From a virus (lineage: Duplodnaviria > Caudoviricetes): a stretch of 64,000 bases of DNA. Below, piece by piece: positions 1-9,562 of this stretch. The stretch lies in IMG/VR virus record IMGVR_UViG_3300021364_000005, one strand, 5' to 3'. Under the pieces are notes generated by a model. That model saw only the letters and a program-made list of their open reading frames with translations. It was not told where the DNA came from and searched no databases. The position numbers and the translations under genes were made by a program. The stretch's first letter is position 1. Each line of letters starts with the position of its first letter.

Positions 1-3000
1 TAATGATACAGAACCTAGTTGTAGTTCTTGCAACCCGCTAACACTAAAGTTGTCAGCATCTAGTGTAGCAGTACCAGTTGCCTGTTCAACAGTAAACAAG
101 TCGCCAACTCTAAAGTTACCATCTTGGTCTGTTGATGTATAGAATACTCTACCACCGCCACCTTCTACAGTTTCATTAGCAGGAGTTGGATTTTGTAGCG
201 GAATACCCGGATAATTGGTTTGTGTGAAATTACCTGTACCAATATCTAGGAAATCGTGTCCTGTTAATCGCACTTGTGAATATCTAATTCTATGTGTTAC
301 TGCCGCAGCGTGAGCAGGTTCCCCATCTACAGGAATCTCTGGACTTAATTGCAATCTAGCAGTATATGGTCCAGAACCACCTAATTCAAATAATTGAACA
401 AGTTTGTAGATTGTACTATCGCCTGCTATTTGAATATTTGCTCCAGGTTGCGGTTCGTCGGTTAAATTTTCTACATAAACATATTTTCCGCTTTGTAAAA
501 TATCAGCATAACCGTCACCAGTTACATCTGCACTTGCTGTCTCATAACCTGTTCCTCTATCAGCAAAGGTAGGTTGTGCAAGCACTCCGCTACCTACTCT
601 TACCGTATGGGGTACATCTACAGTGTTGTTTGGATCTGTAATTGTCATTGTAGGCGGACTTGCAGGATCATATCCAGTGCCCGGTTCTATAATTACAATT
701 TTAAATATTTTATCACCTGCGACTTTTGCTCTTCCTCTTGCAGTTGTTCCAGTTACTGGATCAGCAAACGTAACTCTTGGCTCTATTCTATAGTTTGATG
801 TTTGATCTAATGTAGTTTCAATAGCAGTTCCAGGAACAAGATGGTCCCATCCTGCTGTATCGTCACTCATTTTCTTTACTGTTGCAATTTTTGTACCAGC
901 ATTGTATGTGTCAATATAAGCATATTGTCCTACCCCTACGCCGTCTTCTATATAGATTGCCATACCAACATAGTCTGCACTATTTGCTGTATCTGTGTTC
1001 GAAATAGTAATAGTAGTTGATGTACCGCTTTGAGCATTATTGAGTGCTGTTGTGTAATCTGCACCACCATAGTTATTTGCTGGATTAGTAAGTTGCACTG
1101 CAAAAACACCATTTGTCCTTGTATTTACTGCACTAACACTTGCACCTATACCTTCACCTACAAAGCTATAAGATGCTGTTGTGTAGTTAACACCTGCATT
1201 TTCGTATTCTAGTGCTAATATTCTACTACCATCTGTAAATACGCTATTAATAATAGCTTCTGCATAGTAGTTATTTACTGTACCTGTTATAGGTGTTTCA
1301 GTAGTATCAATACCTTCAGCTACTGATCCAAAATCACCATAAGAGTTGTTTCCGTTTGTAGCACGAATCTTACCACCGTTCTCTGCAAGATATCCAATAT
1401 GGTTGTAATACGTAAACACTGACACAAGTTCTGAGCGGCCTAAGTTTGTTACCCAGTAACCAATACCATCACTTAGAATCTGTGTAAAGTCGTTAGCAAC
1501 AATTGAATCGTTTCCGCCTGCGTGTAGATCACCATCTACTTTTAATCCTATACAAGCTGTACCAAATGTTGAAACGTTTTGAATGTAAGGTGATTTGTTA
1601 TGAATCCATACAAGCCTATCATCTACACCCTCGCCTGGATCTAAACTCACATATGCACCTGCTGATGGACGACTTGTGCCATAAGAATTTGCAGCGCCTA
1701 AAGTACCTGTAAGTCCTGCTAGTGTGCAATTTCTAATACCACATCCGTTTCTAACATAAAACATATTTTCAGTTAGTGAATCACCGTCTGGAGTAATTCT
1801 TGTACTACGTAATTCGTCTCCAACAATAGCTGTATGTGAAGGAACACTAATCGGTAATGCTTCTGCATATGTTCCTGTCTTAACATATAGTGTATTATGA
1901 ATCACTTGTTCTGCAGGTAAACTTGATAAGTTTCCTGCTGTAATCGCTGCTGTTATATGTGAAACAAGTGAGTCGTAAGTGCTTTCAGCATCTGTTTCTG
2001 CTGTGTAGGCTACATCAATTACTTGTGTAACTGGAGTTGCTACACTGTTTTCTGTTTGGTAATTTGTTGCAGGAGGTGTATTTCCTAAAACTGCTGCTAC
2101 AACATCTAAACTGTAATTTATTGCTGCAACTGTTTCTGTTTCCTGGCCAGCAACGTAACTTGCACCAGCTGTTGTAAAATATGACTGCGCTGCTTTTCTT
2201 GTTTCTACATTACCGCCATGTGATATATCATACCCTACGTGTTTTACAATTCTTTTCATATCACGTAAACATTTTGTTTTATCGTATGTAAATGCTCCTG
2301 TAAATGGCGCAATCGCATTTGCAATTTGATAATCAACCCATTCAACTGTTTCTGCTGCAATAAAATCAATATTTTGATCTAAAAGATATTTTGCATTTAC
2401 ACGAGTAGTTGCATTAAGTATTTGTGAACAAGCATATGCAACTGTTAGCCAAGGCCTGTCTGCTGTAATACCATATGTCGGAGCAGGAGAGTCTGTACCT
2501 TGTGGTGAAACATAATAGACATTATCTACAAGTCCAAAATAATCCCATTCTACACCAGTGCCAGCAGTGTCAACTTTTAAAACTTGTCCCGGGTCACCAA
2601 TTGGTAATCTAGTAGGTCCAGCTCCTGAATAATAAAGAATATCACCATCTGTTGTTAAAACATTTTCTTCAGCTGTTGCACCTACTAGATTCCAAAATGT
2701 ACCATTAGAATCCAAGTCCGGTCTATTGCTTGCATTATCTGAAGTATGGTTTTGTTGAGCTACATAAGCGTTGTCGCTATATTTAACAAGATCGCCTATT
2801 TTGTATGCAGTAGCATCTGCCCAGTCGCCCTGCCATGCAAAACCTTCGTTTAGTTTGCTCCAATATGTTGTGTTTGGTGGTTCTTGTCCTGTGCTATCTG
2901 CTGTTGCAAGATATGTGTATCCATTTACTCGGACAACATCGCCCACTTTGTATGCTGTAGCAACATCCCAATCACCTTGTAGGTTAAATCCTGTAATATA

Positions 3001-3981
3001 TACGTCCCAGTCAGTAGTAGCAGTTGAAGGTGTACTACCTGAATGGTTTGTTTTTGCAACATATGTATATCCACCGTACGATACAATATCTCCAGGTTGA
3101 TAAACAGTTGCTACGTTCCAGCTATCTTCAAATTCTAAACCAGGTAAGAAAACTTCCCAATTAGATTGATCTGTTTGGAATAAACTTGTGCTAGTGTGGT
3201 ATGTTGTACAAATCCAAAGACTTGGGCCGTTTTTAACAATGTCGTTTACTACATATCTTGTGTTTTGCTGCCATGCTGATCTATAATTAATACCTTGATG
3301 ATAAACATTCCAATTTGCAATATCATTTTCTAATCCTAAAGCAGCATCAGATGTTGATGTGTGTCCTGTGATAGCAATATAGATAAACCCGTTATATTTT
3401 ACGATGTCATCTTTCTTGTATCTAGTTGATATTGCCCAATCACCTTTCCAATCAATTCCTGGAGTGAATTCATTCCAATTAGCAATATCATCTTCTAAAC
3501 CATCAGTAACAGTTTCGGCACTAGTATGCGCTGTTGCACATATGTATGTTGTACCGCCATACTTAGCAATGTCGTTAACTTTATATTTTGTGTTTATTGT
3601 CCAAGCGCCAGTATATGAAAGCCCTTCAGCAAAAATATCCCACTTAGACTGATCGTCTTCTAAGCCTAGTGCATTTGTAGCAGCAGATGTGTGTCCTGTG
3701 TTACAAATGTAAATGTATCCGCCGTTTCTAACAATGTCGTTAACTTTAAAATATTTGTTAACTACCCAGTCGCCTTCCCATGTTAGACCGTCGCCGAATT
3801 GTTGCCATTTAGGTTGAACATCGTTTAAATCAGTTTCTAGGTTTGCAGCACCTGTGTGTGCAAGTATACATATGAAGGTTTTACCTCCATACTGTACAAT
3901 ATCATCTCGTACGTACTCAGTTCCTGTCGCCCAGGCACCTTTCCAAATAAATCTAATTCTACCAAGTTTAAACTCAGCCAT
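1..3981 (-). CDS. Large virion structural/baseplate-fibre protein, >1327 aa, C-terminus runs off the left edge (absent from the ORF track); paralog of 4032..9146
   Basis: ATG at 3981 (MAEFKLGRIRFIWKGAWATGTEYVRDDIVQYGGKTFICILAH). Segments translated by hand near the start, middle and end are in one frame that reaches base 1 (3981/3=1327); I did not check every codon. N-terminal W..Y..GDIV.Y.G..Y.C...H repeats resemble CBM5/12. Beta-helix lead-in YVKTGTYAEALPISVPSHTAIVGDELRST. C-terminal RYSQVRLTGHDFLDIGTGNF...GGGRVFYTSTDQDGNFRVG matches the paralog. Confidence 0.9.
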   Translation of the reverse strand, partial: MAEFKLGRIRFIWKGAWATGTEYVRDDIVQYGGKTFICILAHTGAANLETDLNDVQPKWQQFGDGLTWEGDWVVNKYFKVNDIVRNGGYIYICNTGHTSAATNALGLEDDQSKWDIFAEGLSYTGAWTINTKYKVNDIAKYGGTTYICATAHTSAETVTDGLEDDIANWNEFTPGIDWKGDWAISTRYKKDDIVKYNGFIYIAITGHTSTSDAALGLENDIANWNVYHQGINYRSAWQQNTRYVVNDIVKNGPSLWICTTYHTSTSLFQTDQSNWEVFLPGLEFEDSWNVATVYQPGDIVSYGGYTYVAKTNHSGSTPSTATTDWDVYITGFNLQGDWDVATAYKVGDVVRVNGYTYLATADSTGQEPPNTTYWSKLNEGFAWQGDWADATAYKIGDLVKYSDNAYVAQQNHTSDNASNRPDLDSNGTFWNLVGATAEENVLTTDGDILYYSGAGPTRLPIGDPGQVLKVDTAGTGVEWDYFGLVDNVYYVSPQGTDSPAPTYGITADRPWLTVAYACSQILNATTRVNAKYLLDQNIDFIAAETVEWVDYQIANAIAPFTGAFTYDKTKCLRDMKRIVKHVGYDISHGGNVETRKAAQSYFTTAGASYVAGQETETVAAINYSLDVVAAVLGNTPPATNYQTENSVATPVTQVIDVAYTAETDAESTYDSLVSHITAAITAGNLSSLPAEQVIHNTLYVKTGTYAEALPISVPSHTAIVGDELRSTRITPDGDSLTENMFYVRNGCGIRNCTLAGLTGTLGAANSYGTSRPSAGAYVSLDPGEGVDDRLVWIHNKSPYIQNVSTFGTACIGLKVDGDLHAGGNDSIVANDFTQILSDGIGYWVTNLGRSELVSVFTYYNHIGYLAENGGKIRATNGNNSYGDFGSVAEGIDTTETPITGTVNNYYAEAIINSVFTDGSRILALEYENAGVNYTTASYSFVGEGIGASVSAVNTRTNGVFAVQLTNPANNYGGADYTTALNNAQSGTSTTITISNTDTANSADYVGMAIYIEDGVGVGQYAYIDTYNAGTKIATVKKMSDDTAGWDHLVPGTAIETTLDQTSNYRIEPRVTFADPVTGTTARGRAKVAGDKIFKIVIIEPGTGYDPASPPTMTITDPNNTVDVPHTVRVGSGVLAQPTFADRGTGYETASADVTGDGYADILQSGKYVYVENLTDEPQPGANIQIAGDSTIYKLVQLFELGGSGPYTARLQLSPEIPVDGEPAHAAAVTHRIRYSQVRLTGHDFLDIGTGNFTQTNYPGIPLQNPTPANETVEGGGGRVFYTSTDQDGNFRVGDLFTVEQATGTATLDADNFSVSGLQELQLGSVSL

Positions 3982-3983
3982 CC

Positions 3984-4023
3984 GGTTCACTCTCCCCTAA
4001 CTGGCGTTATACAGTTATTTATC
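3984..4023 (-). promoter_or_regulatory. Late promoter GATAAATA plus 17-nt leader motif TTAGGGGAGAGTGAACC (copy 1)
   Basis: Minus strand reads GATAAATA ACTG TATAA CGCCAG TTAGGGGAGAGTGAACC GG ATG. An identical 17-mer lies at 27687..27703, at the same distance from its ATG. Confidence 0.75.
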
Positions 4024-4031
4024 ACTTTCCA

Positions 4032-7000
4032 CTACTTAGCTGTGAAAAGGTTTTGTTGTAGTCCCACTCCTGACATTCCTCCAATAGCAGTGACAGGTGC
4101 TGTAACTTTCAAAGACGTGCTTTCGCCCGACGGTAACAATCCTATTGTTTTATTTTGTATTTGAACGTCTCCTGCAATAAGTGTGTTAGCATTAACAACA
4201 GCACCACCACTTGAAATACGTGCTTCAAAATATCCTGCAATCGCTCGTTGAGTAGGCACAATATTGTCGCTATTAGCAACAAATGTTTGGTCTTTTGAAA
4301 ATTCTCTAACAACAGCACTTGTACCGCCTAATACAATACCACCTAATACAAGCTCATCTAATCCAGATAAGTCAAACTGGCTTGCACTAATTGTCACAAC
4401 ACCAGTAGCTTGGTCAACTTTAAACAGTTCGCCAACTCTAAAGTTACCATCTTGATCTGTTGATGTATAGAATACTCTACCACCGCCTGAACCAACTGTT
4501 TCTTGGAACTGTCGAGGTGTATTTTCACTTGTGTATCCAAATACATATCTATTAGGATATGCAGTTTCTGTAAAGTTACCTGTGCCTATATCTAAGAAGT
4601 CATGTCCTGTTAATCTTATTTGACTATATTTTTGTCTAATTTCTACTTGCGTGTCATGTTGTGGAGCAGTATTAGTATCTAAATTTGGAGTAATTTGTAA
4701 TCTAGCTGTAAGATTTGGTTCTGTACCCGTTACATCTTCAATTTTTTGTATACTAAATTGTGCTCCTGGTAATGATCCAAATGTAAGAGCATCACCTGGA
4801 CCAGGAATTCTTAAAAGATCTTTAACAAATATAATACCACTGCTTGGGAATATATCTGCATATCCATCTCCTAATATTTCTACAGATGCCCGTGTATATT
4901 CGATACCGCCACTAGTTAAAAACGGTTGTGCTAAAACGCCATCGTTTACTCTAAATTGATACACAGCATCTATAGTTGAGTTTTGATCGTAAATTATTCC
5001 CTCTGGCAGAGTGTTATACCCAGCACCTGGATTTACAATATTAATCTGGTCTAAGCTCTGACTTCTCACACTACATCTTGCAATAGCAGGTGTACCATAT
5101 GTAATAGGAGTAATAGTGCTTGCACTACTGTTATTGGCAGGAATGTAATAGTGCTGCCCTGTGCATGAAATCAAATTAACTGCTCTAACGTCAACACCTC
5201 CAGTAGGAGTAAGTGGATACCAATTAATTGCATCAACACTAGCAACTGTTGCACCTGTATTTGCCATAGCAAAATATAATCCTTGTTCACCTGTTACATA
5301 CCATGTAGCAATACTTGTTTCTGTAAGATTACTTGGATTTGGTTTAATGCTTTCTTGTAAATTAAATACAGGTGTTTGATCACCTGAAACATGGGCAACT
5401 ACAGTTCTTGCCGGATTAACAGAAGTTGAGTCTCTAACCATTGCTACAAATGATCTCGGTCCACCATCAAAATCTGTTACAATGTAATTAGCAGGTAAAG
5501 GTAATCCTGACTGATTGTTACCTTGTATCCATGAACTTCCACTATCTTTTGATTCGTAGATATTTCCGTTTGTATCGCAAACCATCCAATAATCGCCAGA
5601 TACTCCTACAAAATTAAACCCAGATCCTAATCCAGTTGTTGATGTAGTCCAGCTGCTTCCGCCATCGGTAGATACATAAATGGCATCTGCTGACGGATTA
5701 GTAACCATAACAACATTACCTTGTGCTTTTATGTCGCTAAATGCTGTTCCTGGTATTGTGCCTGCGCTCCAATTTATTCCATCTGCTGATGTTTTACTAT
5801 TTCCACTTGCGCCTATTGCAATAAATTTGTCATTTACCCAAACACATCCTATCCAGTCATCGGAGTCAGAAACTGATGCATTTGTCCAACTTGTACCTCC
5901 GTCTGTACTGTATGAAAACACACTGCCTTGAACACTTGTTAAAACTACAGTATTTTCACCATCAGTAGCAGAAGCACCAATTCTCTTAAAACTACCAGTA
6001 GATACAGATCCAGCGTTAAATCCAGGTTTGTTTATGTCTAAATATGGCTCTATAGAATATCTTGTAGTTCCATCTAAACTAGATTCTATTGGTTTGCCTT
6101 CTATTATTGTATTCCATCCCGGTTGACCCCATATGTTAGTAATTGTTGCAACTTTTGTGGAAAAATCATATGTATCGATTTTGCCCCATTGACCTGCACC
6201 TATACCTTTAATAATCCATATACACATACCTACATAATCATTAGACACATTTTCGTCAGCTGCTGCTAATGTAATTTGTGTTTCAGATCCAGCTTGAGCA
6301 TTATTTTCAATTCTTCTAAATCCAAAACCACCAGCTGTTGAAGAGTCGTCAGCATCTAATAAACGTACTTGAGATACTCCGCGTTTTCTAAAATCGTTAT
6401 AGGTTAAGTTAGCACTTACCCCAGACCCTGTAACTGTTGTAGTTGCGTTTGAATATTCTTGTCCTGCGTGTTCGTACACCAACCCTACAACCCTATCATC
6501 ATTGTCAATAATTGTAGCTTCAACTAGTGCTTCACTTGTTCGGTTATCTAAAACTGCACTAATTGCTGATTCTGCTGTGTTCGATCCTTCTGCAACAGAT
6601 CCATAATCTCCGTAGGAATTATTTCCGTTTGTAGCTCTTAACTTACCGCCGTTTGTAGCAAGATAACCTATATGGCAATAGTATGTAAATACAGAAACAA
6701 GTTCAGACTTTCCTTCTTCATTTGCCCAATAACCGATACCATCACTTAGAATTTGTGTAAAGTCGTTAGCAACCATTGACTTGTTACCACCATCGTGTAA
6801 CTCTCCATCAATTTTCATACCTATACATCCTGTTCCAAATGTTGTAACATTTTGGACGTAAGGAGATTTACTAGTAATCCAAACACTTTGGTCTGTAGGT
6901 CCTGTTCCAGGATCTAGTGCAACATATGCTCCTGCATTAGGTCTACGTGTAAAATATGAATTTTGTTCACCTAATTCACCATTTAATCCTTGTAAAGTAC

Positions 7001-9146
7001 AATTTCTTAACCCTGTTCCATTATGCATTCTAAACATATCACTTAGTTCAAATGTTGGAGCAGGTTTTATTACTGTGCTTCTAAGTTCGTCACCTACTAT
7101 AGCAGTATCTGTAGGAACAACTATAGGAAGAACTTCTGAATATGTACCCGTTTTTACAAATATTGTTGCAGGGCGTCTACCTGCATCAGCACCAACATAT
7201 TCACAAGCATATTTAATTGTTCTAAACGGACTTCCTTCAGTTCCTGCTGTAGGAATATCTTGCCCTCGTAGCGAAACATAATATGTATTATCGGCGAAAT
7301 TTAACGAATCCCAAGTAACAATATTTGTGTTATCTACTACTAATGTAGATCCTACAGAACCTACAGGTTTTCTTACATCTGCTCCGTCTTCTCTAGTTTT
7401 AAGGTCTCCCCTGTTGTTTAGAACGTTTGTTGCACTGCCTTCATAAAAAGTTTCCCAGTAACTGCCGTCGTCAACATTAGGAGCAACTAAACTACTATCA
7501 TCTGACGAGTGAGATTGTATACATACATATGAACTGCCTGCAAAACCGACTACATCGCCTAAAGTATAATATGTTGCTTCTTGCCAAGGGCCTTTCCAAT
7601 CGTTACCTGTAACAATTTTAACCCAACTTGAACTATCACTAGTAAATGTAATACCATTAGTGTCATACATTCCTGAATGGTTAACACATACAATGTAAAT
7701 AGTACCTGCGTTTGGAGCAACTAATTCTATACTTCTTGAGGTTTCAGCATCGTCAAAGTTATCAAAATAATCTTCTCGTGTGCTTGCCACTCCGTCTATT
7801 CTATATGTAACATTTGTTTCATAATAATTGTAACTACCGCCATCATGATGACCGTTTTGTGTTGTGCTAAAATATATTGCGTGTCCTGAATTTGTAATAC
7901 TTGATTGATCAAAAACGTAAGTATTACCAGCTACTAAATTAAGTGCAGGGGATTGAGTATTATTTACAAAATACTTATTAGAAGAATTTACGTTTTCTAC
8001 TGTAACTGTATAAGTTATAGTCTGAATAGGTTCAAAAGGATAAGAACTTGTATCTTGGATTGCACTAAAAATATTACCGCCTTCACGAATTGTATCTCCT
8101 GAATAATAATATGTATTTTCAGTCCATTGACCTCTCCAATTATAACCTTCAACTACGATTTCCCAATTTGGACTTCCTGCAGGTAAGTTACCTAAATTGT
8201 TATCTAGCAAACTTCTATAACTATATCCACCATACATAACAATATCACCATACTGATATGTTGTTAGTGAATTATATAATGTTTCGTATCCTGTTCCTGG
8301 AATATAAAGTTGAAATGCGCCTTGTGGAAACTCTGTAGTGTTTGTAAGTGTGATACATTTTTGGAGACTACTTCCTACTCTTACAACATCGCCTACAAGA
8401 TAAGTTGTATTGGCTGTCCATGTGCCCATGTAACGAACACCATCTAAAATTAATTCCCAGTTGCTACTATTGCCTTCTAAACCTATTAACGCACTTGCAT
8501 CACTTGAATGTCCTACTGTACATCTGTATAGTCTTGCACCATATCTTACAATATTATCTTTATAATATCTAGTTGCTACGGTCCAGGTATTTCTCCATTG
8601 TGACCCTCTGTTTACATAGGTCCAATTTACAATATCGTTTTCTAAGCCTTGCGAAGCATCTGACGCAATATGTCCGGTAGTACAAATATATGTTGATCCG
8701 TTGTAATTTATTACATCACCTAATTCATACTGTCTACCTGCAACCCAAAAATCTCGCCAGTCAAAAGTTGTAGCGACAAAATCCCAATAGTCTATATTTT
8801 CAACTAGTCCGTCTATAGATAAATCAGCACTTGTATGACCTGTATTTGCTTTATATAAAGTTGCACCATACTTGACTATTTCGTTTTGTTCATACTTTGT
8901 TTGTGTTGTCCACAAACCTCTCCATTTTTGTCCATCTGACATTAATTCCCAGCGTGGTTCTGGATTGCCATATTGATCTACTGCGTTTAAATCATTATCA
9001 AATGTGGCCGGATCAGCAATGTGTCCTATTAAACAAACGTAAATTTTACCGCCATTTGATACAATATCGTCTTGATTGTAAGATATGCCAGATCCGTGTG
9101 GACCTCTCCAAACATATTTAAATCGTGTAATATTAAACTCTGCCAT
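4032..9146 (-). CDS. 1704-aa virion structural/adhesin protein: CBM5/12-like repeats, cupredoxin-like domain, pectin-lyase-like beta-helix, BNR/Asp-box propeller, conserved C-terminal module
   Basis: ORF track. Motifs GHAIYF...CVNHSGM, VKTGTYSEVLPIVVP..AIVGDELRS, Asp-boxes YSTDGGTSW/VSTDGGSSW/ESKDSGSSW, and GRVFYTSTDQDGNFRVG. Confidence 0.85.
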   Translation of the reverse strand: MAEFNITRFKYVWRGPHGSGISYNQDDIVSNGGKIYVCLIGHIADPATFDNDLNAVDQYGNPEPRWELMSDGQKWRGLWTTQTKYEQNEIVKYGATLYKANTGHTSADLSIDGLVENIDYWDFVATTFDWRDFWVAGRQYELGDVINYNGSTYICTTGHIASDASQGLENDIVNWTYVNRGSQWRNTWTVATRYYKDNIVRYGARLYRCTVGHSSDASALIGLEGNSSNWELILDGVRYMGTWTANTTYLVGDVVRVGSSLQKCITLTNTTEFPQGAFQLYIPGTGYETLYNSLTTYQYGDIVMYGGYSYRSLLDNNLGNLPAGSPNWEIVVEGYNWRGQWTENTYYYSGDTIREGGNIFSAIQDTSSYPFEPIQTITYTVTVENVNSSNKYFVNNTQSPALNLVAGNTYVFDQSSITNSGHAIYFSTTQNGHHDGGSYNYYETNVTYRIDGVASTREDYFDNFDDAETSRSIELVAPNAGTIYIVCVNHSGMYDTNGITFTSDSSSWVKIVTGNDWKGPWQEATYYTLGDVVGFAGSSYVCIQSHSSDDSSLVAPNVDDGSYWETFYEGSATNVLNNRGDLKTREDGADVRKPVGSVGSTLVVDNTNIVTWDSLNFADNTYYVSLRGQDIPTAGTEGSPFRTIKYACEYVGADAGRRPATIFVKTGTYSEVLPIVVPTDTAIVGDELRSTVIKPAPTFELSDMFRMHNGTGLRNCTLQGLNGELGEQNSYFTRRPNAGAYVALDPGTGPTDQSVWITSKSPYVQNVTTFGTGCIGMKIDGELHDGGNKSMVANDFTQILSDGIGYWANEEGKSELVSVFTYYCHIGYLATNGGKLRATNGNNSYGDYGSVAEGSNTAESAISAVLDNRTSEALVEATIIDNDDRVVGLVYEHAGQEYSNATTTVTGSGVSANLTYNDFRKRGVSQVRLLDADDSSTAGGFGFRRIENNAQAGSETQITLAAADENVSNDYVGMCIWIIKGIGAGQWGKIDTYDFSTKVATITNIWGQPGWNTIIEGKPIESSLDGTTRYSIEPYLDINKPGFNAGSVSTGSFKRIGASATDGENTVVLTSVQGSVFSYSTDGGTSWTNASVSDSDDWIGCVWVNDKFIAIGASGNSKTSADGINWSAGTIPGTAFSDIKAQGNVVMVTNPSADAIYVSTDGGSSWTTSTTGLGSGFNFVGVSGDYWMVCDTNGNIYESKDSGSSWIQGNNQSGLPLPANYIVTDFDGGPRSFVAMVRDSTSVNPARTVVAHVSGDQTPVFNLQESIKPNPSNLTETSIATWYVTGEQGLYFAMANTGATVASVDAINWYPLTPTGGVDVRAVNLISCTGQHYYIPANNSSASTITPITYGTPAIARCSVRSQSLDQINIVNPGAGYNTLPEGIIYDQNSTIDAVYQFRVNDGVLAQPFLTSGGIEYTRASVEILGDGYADIFPSSGIIFVKDLLRIPGPGDALTFGSLPGAQFSIQKIEDVTGTEPNLTARLQITPNLDTNTAPQHDTQVEIRQKYSQIRLTGHDFLDIGTGNFTETAYPNRYVFGYTSENTPRQFQETVGSGGGRVFYTSTDQDGNFRVGELFKVDQATGVVTISASQFDLSGLDELVLGGIVLGGTSAVVREFSKDQTFVANSDNIVPTQRAIAGYFEARISSGGAVVNANTLIAGDVQIQNKTIGLLPSGESTSLKVTAPVTAIGGMSGVGLQQNLFTAK

Positions 9147-9159
9147 ATTCTACTTCTTC

Positions 9160-9528
9160 CTAAACATCGGTTGGATATTCGTAACCTTGGTTAATTCTAA
9201 CAACAAATTCGCCGTCATCGTTTATGTAATAATATACGTTTCTATCATCCCAACGGAATTGTTCATAATTTAAATTCCTATAAACTATATTATGATACGT
9301 ATCTCTACCTTCAAAAAAGTCTTGTCCTGGTTGGAAATTAGGGTAATCTTGGCTAGGATCATCACCAACGTTATTAATTTGAATACCGTCGGCTACGTCA
9401 AGTTGATCAACTTTTGCAAAATGTAAATATCCGTCTGGGTCTCTTCTAAGTCCATAAAAATATCTTGCACCCTGTAAGGAATCTTGTAAAACTCCTACAT
9501 CATTACCTACATAAAAATCTGACATCAT
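9160..9528 (-). CDS. Hypothetical phage protein, 122 aa; paralog of 20468..20974
   Basis: Shares R(Y/F)FYGLR...KVD.LD..DGI.IN..G, DFFEG.D..H and Y.Q(F/Y)..DDR...YY(I/V).D.GE...R with 20468..20974. TAAATA promoter immediately upstream. Confidence 0.8.
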   Translation of the reverse strand: MMSDFYVGNDVGVLQDSLQGARYFYGLRRDPDGYLHFAKVDQLDVADGIQINNVGDDPSQDYPNFQPGQDFFEGRDTYHNIVYRNLNYEQFRWDDRNVYYYINDDGEFVVRINQGYEYPTDV

Positions 9529-9544
9529 TTATCTCCAGTTATTG

Positions 9545-9552
9545 TATTTATC
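9545..9552 (-). promoter_or_regulatory. T4-like late promoter GATAAATA
   Basis: Intergenic, about 17 nt upstream of the ATG at 9528. One of nine intergenic TAAATA copies; the T4 gp55 consensus is TATAAATA. Confidence 0.7.
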
Positions 9553-9562
9553 AAGTTACGTT

